Shown here: piece by piece, positions 28,266-37,941 of the stretch | How positions within the stretch are numbered: position 1 is the stretch's first letter | Layout of the letters: every line of letters begins with the position of its first letter | Assembly: GCA_965216035.1 (NCBI GenBank) | Contig: CBDCFM010000018.1 | Span: 256,134-320,133 of the forward strand | Origin: Terriglobia bacterium | GTDB lineage: Bacteria; Acidobacteriota; Terriglobia; 20CM-2-55-15 | Reading direction: 5' to 3' | Length of the DNA stretch: 64,000 nucleotides | Notes under the pieces: model-generated | What the model was told of the DNA's origin: nothing | Databases searched by the model: none | The model's input: only the letters and a program-made list of their open reading frames with translations | Made by a program: the position numbers and the translations under genes

Positions 28266-29576
28266 CTAGAGACTGTATCCGCGCTCATCGTGAAGCGCGA
28301 TGTCGAGTCCCTGCCCCTCTTCCTCAGAGGTCACGCGGAGCCCGATCGTACTATCGAGTACTTTGGCGATGATAAACGTCAACACACCGCTGTAAATGAT
28401 CGTCGCGCTCGCTCCGATAAACTGAAGAACCAGCTGCGCACCGATGCCGTTTTCGAGTCCCGATCCACCTAGAGCTTCGGCTGTGAAGACCCCCGTCAGG
28501 ATGGCGCCGACGAACCCCCCAACACCGTGGACGCCGAACACATCGAGCGAATCGTCGTAGCCCAGGGATCGCTTGAGGCTGCTTGCGGCGACGTAGCAGA
28601 GTGCGCCGGACACGATCCCGATCGCTATCGCACCCAGCGGCCCGACCGTCCCCGACGCCGGCGTGATCGCGACGAGACCGGCGACGGCGCCGGTCGCGAT
28701 GCCCAAAACACTGGCTTTTCCGTGTTTGATCCATTCTACGATCATCCAGGTGAACGCCGCCGTAGCTGTGGCAATGTGGGTGACTGCCATCGCCATGCCG
28801 GCCACGCCATCCGCAGCAAGTTGGCTTCCGGCATTGAAGCCAAACCAGCCGACCCAGAGCATCGAAGCGCCGATGACGGTCAGGACGAGGCTGTTGGGTG
28901 TCATCGCCTCCGTCGGATAGCCCCTACGTTTGCCGAGCACGACACACAGAACCAGGGCGGCGACTCCAGCGTTGATGTGCACGACGGTGCCGCCTGCGAA
29001 ATCGAGAACACCCATTGCGCCCAACCAACCGCCACCCCAAACCCACTGGGCTACAGGAGCGTAGACGATGGTGACCCAAATTCCCATAAACCAGAGCATG
29101 GCCGAAAATTTCATCCGCTCGGCGAAAGCGCCGACGATCAGCGCCGGAGTAATGATCGCGAAGGTCAACTGGAACATCTGAAAGACGCTCTCGGGGATGG
29201 TGCCCGAGACGCTGGCCACACCGACGTCGGAAAGCAGAACGTGTCCCATTCCGATAAAGGCGTTGAGGCCCCCTCCGTCCCCAAACGCCAGACCGTAGGC
29301 GTATAGCGTCCACAGGATCGTGACCAGGCAGGTAATCGCAAAACACTGCATCATCACCGAGAGGACGTTTTTGGCGCGTACGAGTCCTGCGTAGAAGAGC
29401 GACAACCCAGGAATTGTCATGAACAAGACGAGGACACTCGAGGTCAGCATCCAGGCTGTGTCGCCGGAGTCCAGTGGGTTGTCCTGTGCCCACGCGGATT
29501 GAGGCATTGTCAATAAGAAAAGCGCAAATGTGCCCGCTCCCAACAGCTTGTTCTTGAACCGTCTCTTGCGTGTCAT
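28266..29576 (-). CDS. amt: ammonium transporter
   Basis: 436 aa. Signal peptide followed by about 11 TM helices. Amt signature-like blocks (DFAGGTVVHINAGVAALV, GAVAGLVAITPASG). Immediately downstream of the P-II gene. Confidence 0.9.
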   Translation of the reverse strand: MTRKRRFKNKLLGAGTFALFLLTMPQSAWAQDNPLDSGDTAWMLTSSVLVLFMTIPGLSLFYAGLVRAKNVLSVMMQCFAITCLVTILWTLYAYGLAFGDGGGLNAFIGMGHVLLSDVGVASVSGTIPESVFQMFQLTFAIITPALIVGAFAERMKFSAMLWFMGIWVTIVYAPVAQWVWGGGWLGAMGVLDFAGGTVVHINAGVAALVLCVVLGKRRGYPTEAMTPNSLVLTVIGASMLWVGWFGFNAGSQLAADGVAGMAMAVTHIATATAAFTWMIVEWIKHGKASVLGIATGAVAGLVAITPASGTVGPLGAIAIGIVSGALCYVAASSLKRSLGYDDSLDVFGVHGVGGFVGAILTGVFTAEALGGSGLENGIGAQLVLQFIGASATIIYSGVLTFIIAKVLDSTIGLRVTSEEEGQGLDIALHDERGYSL

Positions 29577-29603
29577 CCTCCCGAAATGTCGATCCAGGTT
29601 CCG

Positions 29604-29942
29604 CTAGAGTGCTTCCTCGCCGGATTCATTGGTACGAATTCGAAGAGCCTCTTCCATGCCGTTGACAAAGACCTTGCCATCGCCGATTTCCCCGGTACGG
29701 GCAGATGTTGATATGGCCTCTACGACCTCTTTGGCGCGATCGTCGGCGACTACGATCTCGATCTTGATCTTCGGAACGAAATCCACGGAGAACTCAGCGC
29801 CCCGATACTTTTCAGTGTGTCCCTTCTGGCGGCCGAACCCCTTCACCTCGATTACAGTCATCCCGGTGACATCGAGACGGGCCAGGGTATCGCGAACATC
29901 GGTAAGTTTCCGCGGCTGGATAATTGCGGTGACCAGTTTCAT
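29604..29942 (-). CDS. glnK: nitrogen regulatory protein P-II
   Basis: 112 aa. MKLVTAIIQPRKLTDVRDTL...GMTVIEVKGFGRQKGHTEKYRGAEF with the T-loop Tyr. Co-oriented and adjacent to amt. Confidence 0.9.
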   Translation of the reverse strand: MKLVTAIIQPRKLTDVRDTLARLDVTGMTVIEVKGFGRQKGHTEKYRGAEFSVDFVPKIKIEIVVADDRAKEVVEAISTSARTGEIGDGKVFVNGMEEALRIRTNESGEEAL

Positions 29943-30167
29943 TTCAATGCCTCCTTGAGCACAGCCTTTTAAGGCGACTGCCGGAAACGCTCGACGTGGT
30001 GATGTGCGTGAAAGGCGCCACTATACACCAGTACTGACTCGTGACAAAACGGAACCAATGGATTCGGATTAAGCGCTGGATTTCGGGAGAATCAACTTTC
30101 GGAGAAAGCGGTTAAATTGATGTATGAATGTCGTTTTAGCCGGGGCCATCGGAGGCGCCATCCGAGG

Positions 30168-31490
30168 TCAGCGATCCAGTTCAATCTGGAGTTCCGCTCC
30201 GTAAAGCATCGTCCTGTCGTTATCACGGGCGACCCACTTCACCAACGTTTGAATGCTGGGTTCCAGCGTACCGTCGAACACCGTGTCCCCGTTCGCAACG
30301 ACACGGACGGGCTCGCTGAAGTCGAATTCATCCGGCGACACCAGCAATGTGAATGTAGCGACTCCGGTCGTCGTTGCCTGGACCGTGTTGCCGTTCCGCA
30401 CCAGGTCGACATGGCCTGAGGGCATCGTTCGTGGAAACAGAGGATCGTCAGTCGCCGAAAAGCGTCCGATCGGATCCGATTCCAGCGACACCCTCTGCAT
30501 CTGGCTCCGTGCTCGAAACTCATCGATTATCAGCCAATGTGCCCGGTTGTAGGTCAAGTCCGCGGTTTCCCACGACAGGGTATCCGGGTGCGGGTCGCGT
30601 GGATTGTCGGTCACAAACTGTTCGAATGTATCCTTCATGTCCGGCCACCACGACGTATTGTGTCCGGCATCGGGCTGAGGATGGTAGGCGGTTTGGACTC
30701 CGTTGTTCATCATGTGCCTGACGAAGGGTTCCACCGTAGCGGTCGGGTAGAGCCGGTCCTGGCCACCGTTGATCACGAACCACGGTTTGTTGCGCATGTT
30801 CGCCGGAAATGACGTGCCGTCGTCGAGACTCCCGTTGGCCAGTACCATGATGAAACCGTTGAGCGGGAGAAAGCTGGCGTACGGAGTCACCTCATGCATC
30901 CCGATGTAATAGGCTCCAGTGCCTCCATCGGATATGCCAGAGACGACGATGCGGTTTTCGTCAACATTATAGGAGCGCTTCAGCCGGTCGACGATGGCAT
31001 TCATGATGGAGACCTGGCCCCCACTCCACCACGCGACGTCCAGCCACGCGTAGGGCAGGACGTAAATTTGTTCGGCGCCAGGCAAATTGATTTCACCCGA
31101 CCCACGGGGCTGATTGTTGGTCCGTCGTCCGATGCCTCCGTGAAGTTGAAAGCGGACCTGGTATTGCCGGTTCGGATCATAGTTGTCCGGGACGTTCAGT
31201 GAATAGTAGTGCTCAATCCCTCCATCGGTCTGGTTGCGCATTGCAAGTATGCCCGTGGCCTGAGGCTCGTAGTCGCGTCCGCGTGAAAGTCGTTCGTATG
31301 CTTCCTCAAACGTTACGCCGGTATCGATGACGGCACTGACCCGTTGCTGGGCCTGGGCAGGAGAGCCGGCCGCCCAGAACTGAGCGAACGCTGCGTCGAC
31401 GGAAGCCGGCGTGTCTTGAGCCCCTGGAGCCGAGAGCGTCAAGGCGGCCACCGCGAAAATGAAAAGCAGCGATCTCAAAACGTTCGACAT
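30168..31490 (-). CDS. alpha/beta-hydrolase (esterase / PHB-depolymerase-like), secreted
   Basis: Signal peptide MSNVLRSLLFIFAVAALTLSAPGAQ (alternative start 31505). Nucleophile elbow GISDGG in VVSGISDGGTGAYYIG. Confidence 0.7.
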   Translation of the reverse strand: MSNVLRSLLFIFAVAALTLSAPGAQDTPASVDAAFAQFWAAGSPAQAQQRVSAVIDTGVTFEEAYERLSRGRDYEPQATGILAMRNQTDGGIEHYYSLNVPDNYDPNRQYQVRFQLHGGIGRRTNNQPRGSGEINLPGAEQIYVLPYAWLDVAWWSGGQVSIMNAIVDRLKRSYNVDENRIVVSGISDGGTGAYYIGMHEVTPYASFLPLNGFIMVLANGSLDDGTSFPANMRNKPWFVINGGQDRLYPTATVEPFVRHMMNNGVQTAYHPQPDAGHNTSWWPDMKDTFEQFVTDNPRDPHPDTLSWETADLTYNRAHWLIIDEFRARSQMQRVSLESDPIGRFSATDDPLFPRTMPSGHVDLVRNGNTVQATTTGVATFTLLVSPDEFDFSEPVRVVANGDTVFDGTLEPSIQTLVKWVARDNDRTMLYGAELQIELDR

Positions 31491-31740
31491 GTGATTCTGC
31501 GCCATTGCATGGTTCTCCTTGTTCTCCGTTCGCGGCCAAACGTTTGTTGATTTTCATTTCAGGTTCCAGACCAGTCGGTGATGCAGGCGATCGCGACGTC
31601 AACCTAATTTAAGTCAGAGAGATTCCAAATACTACTGCCGTCCAACGAACGATATCAACCGGCCTCGGCGGGGTTTTCGGCTCTATTCGACGATGATAGA
31701 CTGCGGCCACTAACTCAGATTCGTTCGCGGGAGACTTCTG

Positions 31741-32868
31741 ATGGCATTGACACGCCTGCTCATCGGCACACGCAAGGGCGCTTTTTTCATCACGGGGGAC
31801 CGCGTCCGACGAAAGTGGTCGGTTTCGCGTCCTCTATTCCTGGGACATGTCGTTCACCACCTGGTGTTGGATCCCCGGAACCGGAAGACAATGCTCGCGG
31901 CCGCCCGCACCGGGCACCTCGGACCTACGGTGTTTCGGTCCACCGACCGCGGTCGATCCTGGACAGAGGCTGAACGTTCTCCTGCGTTTCCGAAAGCAAG
32001 ACGCGGGCAGCTGGCCCGCGCGGTGAACCACGTTTTCTGGCTGACGCCCGGCCATGCGGAGGACTCCGGAGTGTGGTATGCGGGATCTTCTCCCCAGGGC
32101 TTATTCCGGTCCGAAGACGAGGGTCGAAGCTGGGAAGGCGTTCGCGGGTTTAACGAGCACGCGAACTATTCAGCCTGGGTCGGTGGCGGTCAGGACGGCA
32201 CGCCGGATGGGCCGAAATTGCATTCGATCCTGATTGATCCGAGAGATTCAAGCCACATGTATATCGGCATGTCCATGGGCGGCGTGTTCGAGTCCTCGGA
32301 TGGCGGTGCCGACTGGCGGCCGCTGAATGCGGGCTGTGTGGCGGACTTCATACCCACGCCCGATCCTGAATATGGCCACGACCCCCACTACCTCCAACTG
32401 CACCCGCTCGCACCCGACCGCTTGTACCAACAGAATCATTGCGGAATCTACCGGATGGACCGGGAAGAGGGGCGCTGGGTGAGAATTGGCGAACGCATGC
32501 CCAAGACGATCGGAGACATCGGTTTCCCGATCCTCCTGGATCCTCGAGACCCCGATCGTGTGTGGGTTTTTCCCATGGACGGAACCTCCGTATGGCCGCG
32601 CACGAGCCCCGGAGGCCGACCCGCGCTGTATCGAACCGTGAACGGAGGAAAGACCTGGAAGCGATTGGACAAGGGTTTGCCGCGCGCAAACGCCTGGTTT
32701 ACGGTTTTCCGTCAGGCGATGGCCCGGGACGAAGAGCAACGCATGGGTATTTATTTCGGAACGACTGGGGGCGAGGTCTGGGGCAGTCGCAACGAAGGCG
32801 AATCCTGGCAGTGCCTGGCACGCCACCTGCCGGAAATCTATTCGGTCGAAACAGTCGGTGTTTCCTGA
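31741..32868 (+). CDS. BNR/Asp-box beta-propeller protein (Ycf48-like / sialidase-like fold)
   Basis: Repeated S-x-D-x-G-x-(T/S)-W motifs (STDRGRSWTE, SEDEGRSWEG, SSDGGADWRP, TVNGGKTWKR, SRNEGESWQC) spaced at about 50 aa. Confidence 0.65.
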   Translation: MALTRLLIGTRKGAFFITGDRVRRKWSVSRPLFLGHVVHHLVLDPRNRKTMLAAARTGHLGPTVFRSTDRGRSWTEAERSPAFPKARRGQLARAVNHVFWLTPGHAEDSGVWYAGSSPQGLFRSEDEGRSWEGVRGFNEHANYSAWVGGGQDGTPDGPKLHSILIDPRDSSHMYIGMSMGGVFESSDGGADWRPLNAGCVADFIPTPDPEYGHDPHYLQLHPLAPDRLYQQNHCGIYRMDREEGRWVRIGERMPKTIGDIGFPILLDPRDPDRVWVFPMDGTSVWPRTSPGGRPALYRTVNGGKTWKRLDKGLPRANAWFTVFRQAMARDEEQRMGIYFGTTGGEVWGSRNEGESWQCLARHLPEIYSVETVGVS

Positions 32869-32879
32869 GAAGGCCAGCC

Positions 32880-33176
32880 GTGCAGGTGCACATTCCCGGG
32901 CCCCTGCGATCCTACACCACTGACCTACGTGTGGTCGAAGCCAGGGGAAAGACCCTGGCCGAACTGCTTGTTTCTCTCGATGACGCTTATCCGGGTTTCC
33001 GCTTCCGGATTGTTGACGAGCAAGACCGAATCCGGGAGCACATCAAGATTTTCGTCGACCTGGAACAGCATGGGGAGCTGTCCTTCGCCGTGGACCCTGG
33101 CTCCGAAGTTCATATTATCTGTGCGTTAAGTGGTGGAGCGGGGGACTCAATCCGGCTCATGATCGAATGGCTCTAG
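32880..33176 (+). CDS. MoaD/ThiS-family ubiquitin-like protein with a 12-aa extension after the GlyGly
   Basis: GTG start 12 nt after the BNR gene stop, with GAGAAGG RBS. Profile VHIPGPLR...VEARGKTLAELL..L..AYPGFR...VDEQDRIREHIKIFVD....G.....DPGSEVHIICALSGG fits MoaD/ThiS. Ends ...SGGAGDSIRLMIEWL. Confidence 0.6.
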   Translation: MQVHIPGPLRSYTTDLRVVEARGKTLAELLVSLDDAYPGFRFRIVDEQDRIREHIKIFVDLEQHGELSFAVDPGSEVHIICALSGGAGDSIRLMIEWL

Positions 33177-33201
33177 TGACCGATCTGCTATTGTCAAAAT
33201 T

Positions 33202-33864
33202 ATGTGTGGCCGATACACAGCCTCCGCAGCGCAAGGAGTCATTGAGGACTACTTCGGCGCCGAGTTTTCTGAAACGCACATTCCCTCCTACAACGCCAGC
33301 CCGGGCCAGCACCTTCCGGTCGTTCTCGACCAAGAGCCCAGCAAGATCGTCCCTGTGCTGTGGGGAATCAAACCATCCTGGGGGAAACAGCCGAGCCGGC
33401 TGCTGATCAACGCACGATCGGAAACCGTCAACCAGCGCCCGACCTTTCGGAAGTCTTTCCAGAAGCGCCGATGCCTGGTCGTTGCGGACGGATTCTACGA
33501 GTGGCAAGCTAGGAAAGAAGGCAAACAGCCCTTCAGGATCATCCTGAAGACCAGGGAACCATTTGCGTTCGCGGGCATCTGGCAAGAAGTCGATGGAGAA
33601 CCCGCATACGTCATTCTGACCACGGCGGCCAACCGTGTGATGCGGCCGATCCATGAGCGGATGCCGGTTATCCTGAAGCCTCGGCAACATGTGGCCTGGC
33701 TCGATACCGACCTGCCTGAAGCCGACGTTCTCGAGATTCTAGGCCCGTACCCTGGGGACGCGATCACGGCTTACGCGGTCTCCAGGACCGTCAACAACTC
33801 CAGGAATCAGTCCCCGGAGCTGATCAAACCGTTGGAATCCCGGATTTCCGGGACGGAGACCTAA
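33202..33864 (+). CDS. SOS response-associated peptidase (SRAP/YedK, abasic-site processing protein)
   Basis: Begins MCGRY (catalytic Cys2). 220 aa with DUF159/SRAP blocks (NARSETVNQRPTFRKSF, CLVVADGFYEW, FAFAGIW). Confidence 0.85.
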   Translation: MCGRYTASAAQGVIEDYFGAEFSETHIPSYNASPGQHLPVVLDQEPSKIVPVLWGIKPSWGKQPSRLLINARSETVNQRPTFRKSFQKRRCLVVADGFYEWQARKEGKQPFRIILKTREPFAFAGIWQEVDGEPAYVILTTAANRVMRPIHERMPVILKPRQHVAWLDTDLPEADVLEILGPYPGDAITAYAVSRTVNNSRNQSPELIKPLESRISGTET

Positions 33865-33946
33865 CTCGAACCGTTGATGGCGCTCGCTGCCATACTGGCG
33901 GCCTTAAGGGATGAGGTCATCCTGAGCTAGGTCTCCGTCCCGAAAC

Positions 33947-34813
33947 TTATTCCATTGACCGGGTCAGTTCTGCGTAAATCCCCTGCGGGCCCTGGCCACC
34001 GCGTCCGGAAAGATCCCAGCCCAAGTCCTCACTCTGGAGAGTTGCGAGGAATTCCTCGGGCGACATGCCTTGAGAAATCAGTTCTCGCGCCCGAGTTTCA
34101 AGAGCGGCAAACTTGTTTCGAAACACGCGCACTTCGTCTTTGGTCAGCAGGGCCCCGTGACCGGGAATGGCCGTGACAAAGTCCAGAGCCAGCATACTGT
34201 CGAGGGTGTCCACCCATTCCACGAAGCTTCCACCGTTATTGAAATCGATGAAGATGTTTCCTGTATTGAGTAGATCACCTCCGTGAATGACGCGGAGGTC
34301 CGGAAAGTAAATGACGGAATCGCCGTTGGTGTGACCGCGGCCCAGGTGGTGGGCCTGGACTTCCACGTCACCGACGAAAATGGCGGTGTCATTGGAAAAG
34401 ATGATCGACGGCGGACCGGCCTGGCTGTTTCTCAGAATGTTGTTGCGCACGTTCTTGTGGGCGATCACTGGAGCGATATCCGCGAACTGCGCGTTGCTGC
34501 CCGTGTGGTCGCCGTGGTGATGCGTGTTCAGGACATATTTAATCGGCTCATCCGTGACACTCCGGATGTTGGTCATGATCTCGTTGTAGTTCCGCTCAAA
34601 CTTGTCGTCGATAACGACGACACCATCCCCGGTGACACGCACACCGATGTTACCTCCGGGCCCTGTGATCATGTACAGGCCGTCGACGACTTCGCGGATC
34701 GCAAGCGGCGGCGCCTGCGCCTGAGTAAACGTCGTCAGTGTGGCAGCGCCTATCCCCACAATCGCTGCTAGTGCAACAATCAAGATCTTGTTACGCATCG
34801 ATGAATCCTCCAA
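33947..34813 (-). CDS. MBL-fold metallo-hydrolase, secreted
   Basis: Signal peptide MRNKILIVALAAIVGIGAATL. HxHxDH motif in LNTHHHGDHTGSN. Later His/Asp ligands (GHTNGDS, HGGD). Confidence 0.8.
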   Translation of the reverse strand: MEDSSMRNKILIVALAAIVGIGAATLTTFTQAQAPPLAIREVVDGLYMITGPGGNIGVRVTGDGVVVIDDKFERNYNEIMTNIRSVTDEPIKYVLNTHHHGDHTGSNAQFADIAPVIAHKNVRNNILRNSQAGPPSIIFSNDTAIFVGDVEVQAHHLGRGHTNGDSVIYFPDLRVIHGGDLLNTGNIFIDFNNGGSFVEWVDTLDSMLALDFVTAIPGHGALLTKDEVRVFRNKFAALETRARELISQGMSPEEFLATLQSEDLGWDLSGRGGQGPQGIYAELTRSME

Positions 34814-35501
34814 AAGTGTACGATCAAGCTAGCAAGTCCATACCCGCACGCCGCGGCATTGTGTCGGCGTCAGGCTGATATTAGCGCGGCCCACACCACG
34901 AAAGAGAGTGCTTTTAGCATTCGTTGATGCAGTGACCCCAGCCGGTGTTGAACAACCAGGACCAAGTTAGACCAAACGCCAACCGCCGGGACCCGGGAAC
35001 GAAGACCTGTCCAGGAAACCAGGGGTCTCAGTTCAAGTTTACAGCCGCCGATACCGAAGTTGAGGGGCCCATGCCGTTGGTCAACTGGACGGCCACGGAC
35101 CGAATGTTGCCTCGAACGCCATTGACAACGACCTCCTGGCGCAGCGTGAAAACACTTCCAATCCACGCACGCGCCGCGGAAAAGTCTCTGAATGCAGAAT
35201 CCACGTCAACCGGTACCGATAGCTCCTTACCACGCGATTTTCGCGACGCAGCAGAGACTGGACAAGGATTCGATTTGAAAGACGGCCGCCACAGATTAGG
35301 TGAGGATAGTCAAAACACGAGCACTTTGGCAATCAAGATGGGGTTCATCGTGTGGCGAACTCTGGCCTTGATCCAGGGAAGCACGATCGAGGGGGTGAAC
35401 GGAAGAGCCGAGACGGCCCGCTGAGGATGCGGACATGACCTTTTGTTTGCTTCTAACTGCTTCCTCTAATATTCTTTACCGAGCCGAGAAGGAGAATCGA
35501 C

Positions 35502-36590
35502 ATGAGCGTTTCAGGTTTCGTGAGGTTCGGGTTGGTGGTGGTGATCGCTGCCGTCGGGATTGTCCTGCTGGCAACCAGTGCTCATACCCAACAGCGAGGA
35601 GGCACGGCCGAGACGGACAGAGTTCAGCCCGTCAACAGCGGCCCCAATCCTTACCGCGTCATCCGGGACTGGGCCCAGTTCAATTCAGAGGCAAGACCGT
35701 GGGGCGGCTCCAACGGCGTCGCCATCGACGCCGATGGAAGGTCCGTGTGGGCCGTCGACCGATGCTCACCCGGGACGACCCCGGGCTGTTTCGACAGCCC
35801 AGGAAACCCGGTCCACCATTTCGATGAGTCCGGGAGTGAGATCCGAAGCTTTGGCGGCGGCATGTTGGTCTGGCCGCACGGCATCCATGTCGATCGGGAC
35901 GGAAACGTGTGGGTCGCCGACGCCCGAGCCGAGAGCAACAAGGGAAGTGTCGTCATCAAGTTCAGTCCCGAAGGCAGAGTCCTCATGACGCTTGGGACGC
36001 CGGGCGTGAACGGAAACCCTCCCGAAGCTCTAACGGACCCGACCGACGTCGTGACCGACCCGGAAAATGGTGACGTGTACGTGGCGGAGAGCCATACGAA
36101 CGTATCCGATCCCAATCTGGTCGGCCGCATCTCCGTCTTCGACAGAGACGGGAACTTCCTCAGAGTGATCGGCAGGATGGGAACGGGGCCCGGGGAGTTC
36201 CGGACGCCGCATGCGGTCGAATTCGATTCCCAGGGCCGGCTCATCGTCGCTGATCGCCACAACCATCGCATCCAGATCCTGACCAAGGACGGTCGGTTCA
36301 TCCGTGAATACGCCGAATTCGGGCGCGTCAGCGGGCTGGCCATCGACAGCAACGACGTTATCTACGCGGCCGACTCCGAGTCGAGCGAAAGGGGTCACCC
36401 GGGCTGGCTGAGGGGAATCCGGATCGGCAGCCTTCGAGACGGGAGGGTGACCATGTTCATTCCCGCGCACCCGACGGATTCGCCGAACGGCGCGATGGGG
36501 GAAGGCATCGCGATCGACTCCGCGGGCAACATCTACACAGCCGAAGCCCAACTCAGGGGCGTGACGAAGTACGTCGAAAACGAGAATTGA
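35502..36590 (+). CDS. NHL repeat-containing protein (six-bladed beta-propeller, PAL-like), secreted
   Basis: Signal/TM MSVSGFVRFGLVVVIAAVGIVLLATSAHTQ. Repeated NHL-like blades (GNVWVADA, GDVYVAES, GRLIVADRHNHRIQILTKDGRF, NDVIYAADSES, GNIYTAEAQ). GAAGGAG RBS upstream. Confidence 0.75.
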   Translation: MSVSGFVRFGLVVVIAAVGIVLLATSAHTQQRGGTAETDRVQPVNSGPNPYRVIRDWAQFNSEARPWGGSNGVAIDADGRSVWAVDRCSPGTTPGCFDSPGNPVHHFDESGSEIRSFGGGMLVWPHGIHVDRDGNVWVADARAESNKGSVVIKFSPEGRVLMTLGTPGVNGNPPEALTDPTDVVTDPENGDVYVAESHTNVSDPNLVGRISVFDRDGNFLRVIGRMGTGPGEFRTPHAVEFDSQGRLIVADRHNHRIQILTKDGRFIREYAEFGRVSGLAIDSNDVIYAADSESSERGHPGWLRGIRIGSLRDGRVTMFIPAHPTDSPNGAMGEGIAIDSAGNIYTAEAQLRGVTKYVENEN

Positions 36591-36829
36591 CGCAGCGTGC
36601 TTCGGAGGGATTGCGATTCTAGCTGAGGTCGCCCTCAACCGAGACTCCCCACAACAAAGGCGATCAGATGACTATCGTGTATGCGCCCGACTCCCCTGGC
36701 AAGGTAGATCCCTGTCAATCCTGCCAACGGGGGCGGTCGCTCCAGCAAAGCATGAACGTCGTCTAACCGCAGGCTGGAACCCCGGCGGACGCAGCAAACA
36801 TGGATGTGATGACTACAACTTACTAAGGA

Positions 36830-37831
36830 GTGACTATGGCTGAAAAGACGAGCAGACGCGAGTTTGTCAAGGTAGCTGGACTGGCGGCCTCGGGCTGGAT
36901 GGCGACGGCCCCTGCGCTGAGGGGCGCGGTTCCTGGGCGACAGGAGCCATCGGTGCCGAGAACAATGGGTGCACGATTTCGCGCGTTGATGAATGGGCCG
37001 GAACCGTTAATATGCCCGGCCGCTTATGACACGCTTACGGCTCGTCTGATTGAATTTCACGGATTCAGTGGCGTGTTTATCGGCAGTAGCGTCGTCAATC
37101 AAGCCCTGGTCGGTGTGCCGGACCAGGCGCTCGTCACGGTGTCGGAGATCATCGACTATTGCAGTACGATCGCCTCGAACATGGGTATTCCTGTTATGGC
37201 GGATGTCGATGACTTCGGCGCCACGCCTCTCAATATTTACCGCTTCGCGAAACAGGCTGAAAGGGGCGGGATCGGCTGCGCGGCCTTCGATGACCGGATG
37301 CCCCTCAACCGCGCCACTGCCTATGCCGTTCCGGGTGTCCGTCCCAAGGCTCGCATGATCGACAATATTCATGCAGCAGCCGACGCGCGTACGGACATGG
37401 TTCTGATCGTGCGCTGCCTTGCCCCCACTCCGAATAATTCCACCAACGAGATGCTTGACCGGGCCGCCGACTACGCCGAAGCCGGCGCTGACGCCGTGTG
37501 GCTTGGATTGCCGACGGCGGATGACTACGTGGCGGCTGCCGGCATGATCACTAAGCCGCTGATGGCTACAGTCGGCGGTGCAAATATGCCGGCAACTGCG
37601 GCCGCTATGACAGCCGCTCGAATCAGTGTGGGCCAGGTCCCCAGTATGGTCACCATTGCGTTAGGCGCCGTCGACAGAGCCCTGGTCGAATTGAAGGCGA
37701 CCGGACACAGGACTGAAGCAGCACAGGGGGCTCTGAGCCGGGAGATGTTGGAGAACATTGAGCAAATTGAAGAACTCAATGCGCGCTCACGCAGGTACAA
37801 CATTCCCAGCGCCTCGTCTCCGGAACGCTGA
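36830..37831 (+). CDS. isocitrate lyase / PEP mutase family protein with an N-terminal twin-arginine (Tat) signal
   Basis: N-terminus TSRREFVKVAGLAASGWMATAPALRGA matches the S/T-R-R-x-F-L-K Tat motif followed by an h-region and AxA. The rest (ICPAAYDTLTARLIEFHGFSGVFIGSS, IPVMADVDDFGATP, AERGGIGCAAFDDRMP) resembles the ICL/PEPM TIM-barrel family. AGGAG RBS upstream. Confidence 0.6.
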   Translation: MTMAEKTSRREFVKVAGLAASGWMATAPALRGAVPGRQEPSVPRTMGARFRALMNGPEPLICPAAYDTLTARLIEFHGFSGVFIGSSVVNQALVGVPDQALVTVSEIIDYCSTIASNMGIPVMADVDDFGATPLNIYRFAKQAERGGIGCAAFDDRMPLNRATAYAVPGVRPKARMIDNIHAAADARTDMVLIVRCLAPTPNNSTNEMLDRAADYAEAGADAVWLGLPTADDYVAAAGMITKPLMATVGGANMPATAAAMTAARISVGQVPSMVTIALGAVDRALVELKATGHRTEAAQGALSREMLENIEQIEELNARSRRYNIPSASSPER

Positions 37832-37941
37832 TGCGTTCCGAAGTGCCCTGAGCCAGGCCATCGCCTGAGGTGCCTGCTGTGTTTGAGTCGATGCTCCAGA
37901 AGGTGCGAGAAGTTCGCTGGGGCAGACGCCTCTCCCCGGTT

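Noticed and set aside
28527-29306. 259-aa plus-strand ORF
   Set aside because: Antisense to the ammonium transporter. Asp/Arg/Gly-rich.
35651-36638. 233-aa and 202-aa minus-strand ORFs
   Set aside because: Antisense to the NHL-repeat gene.
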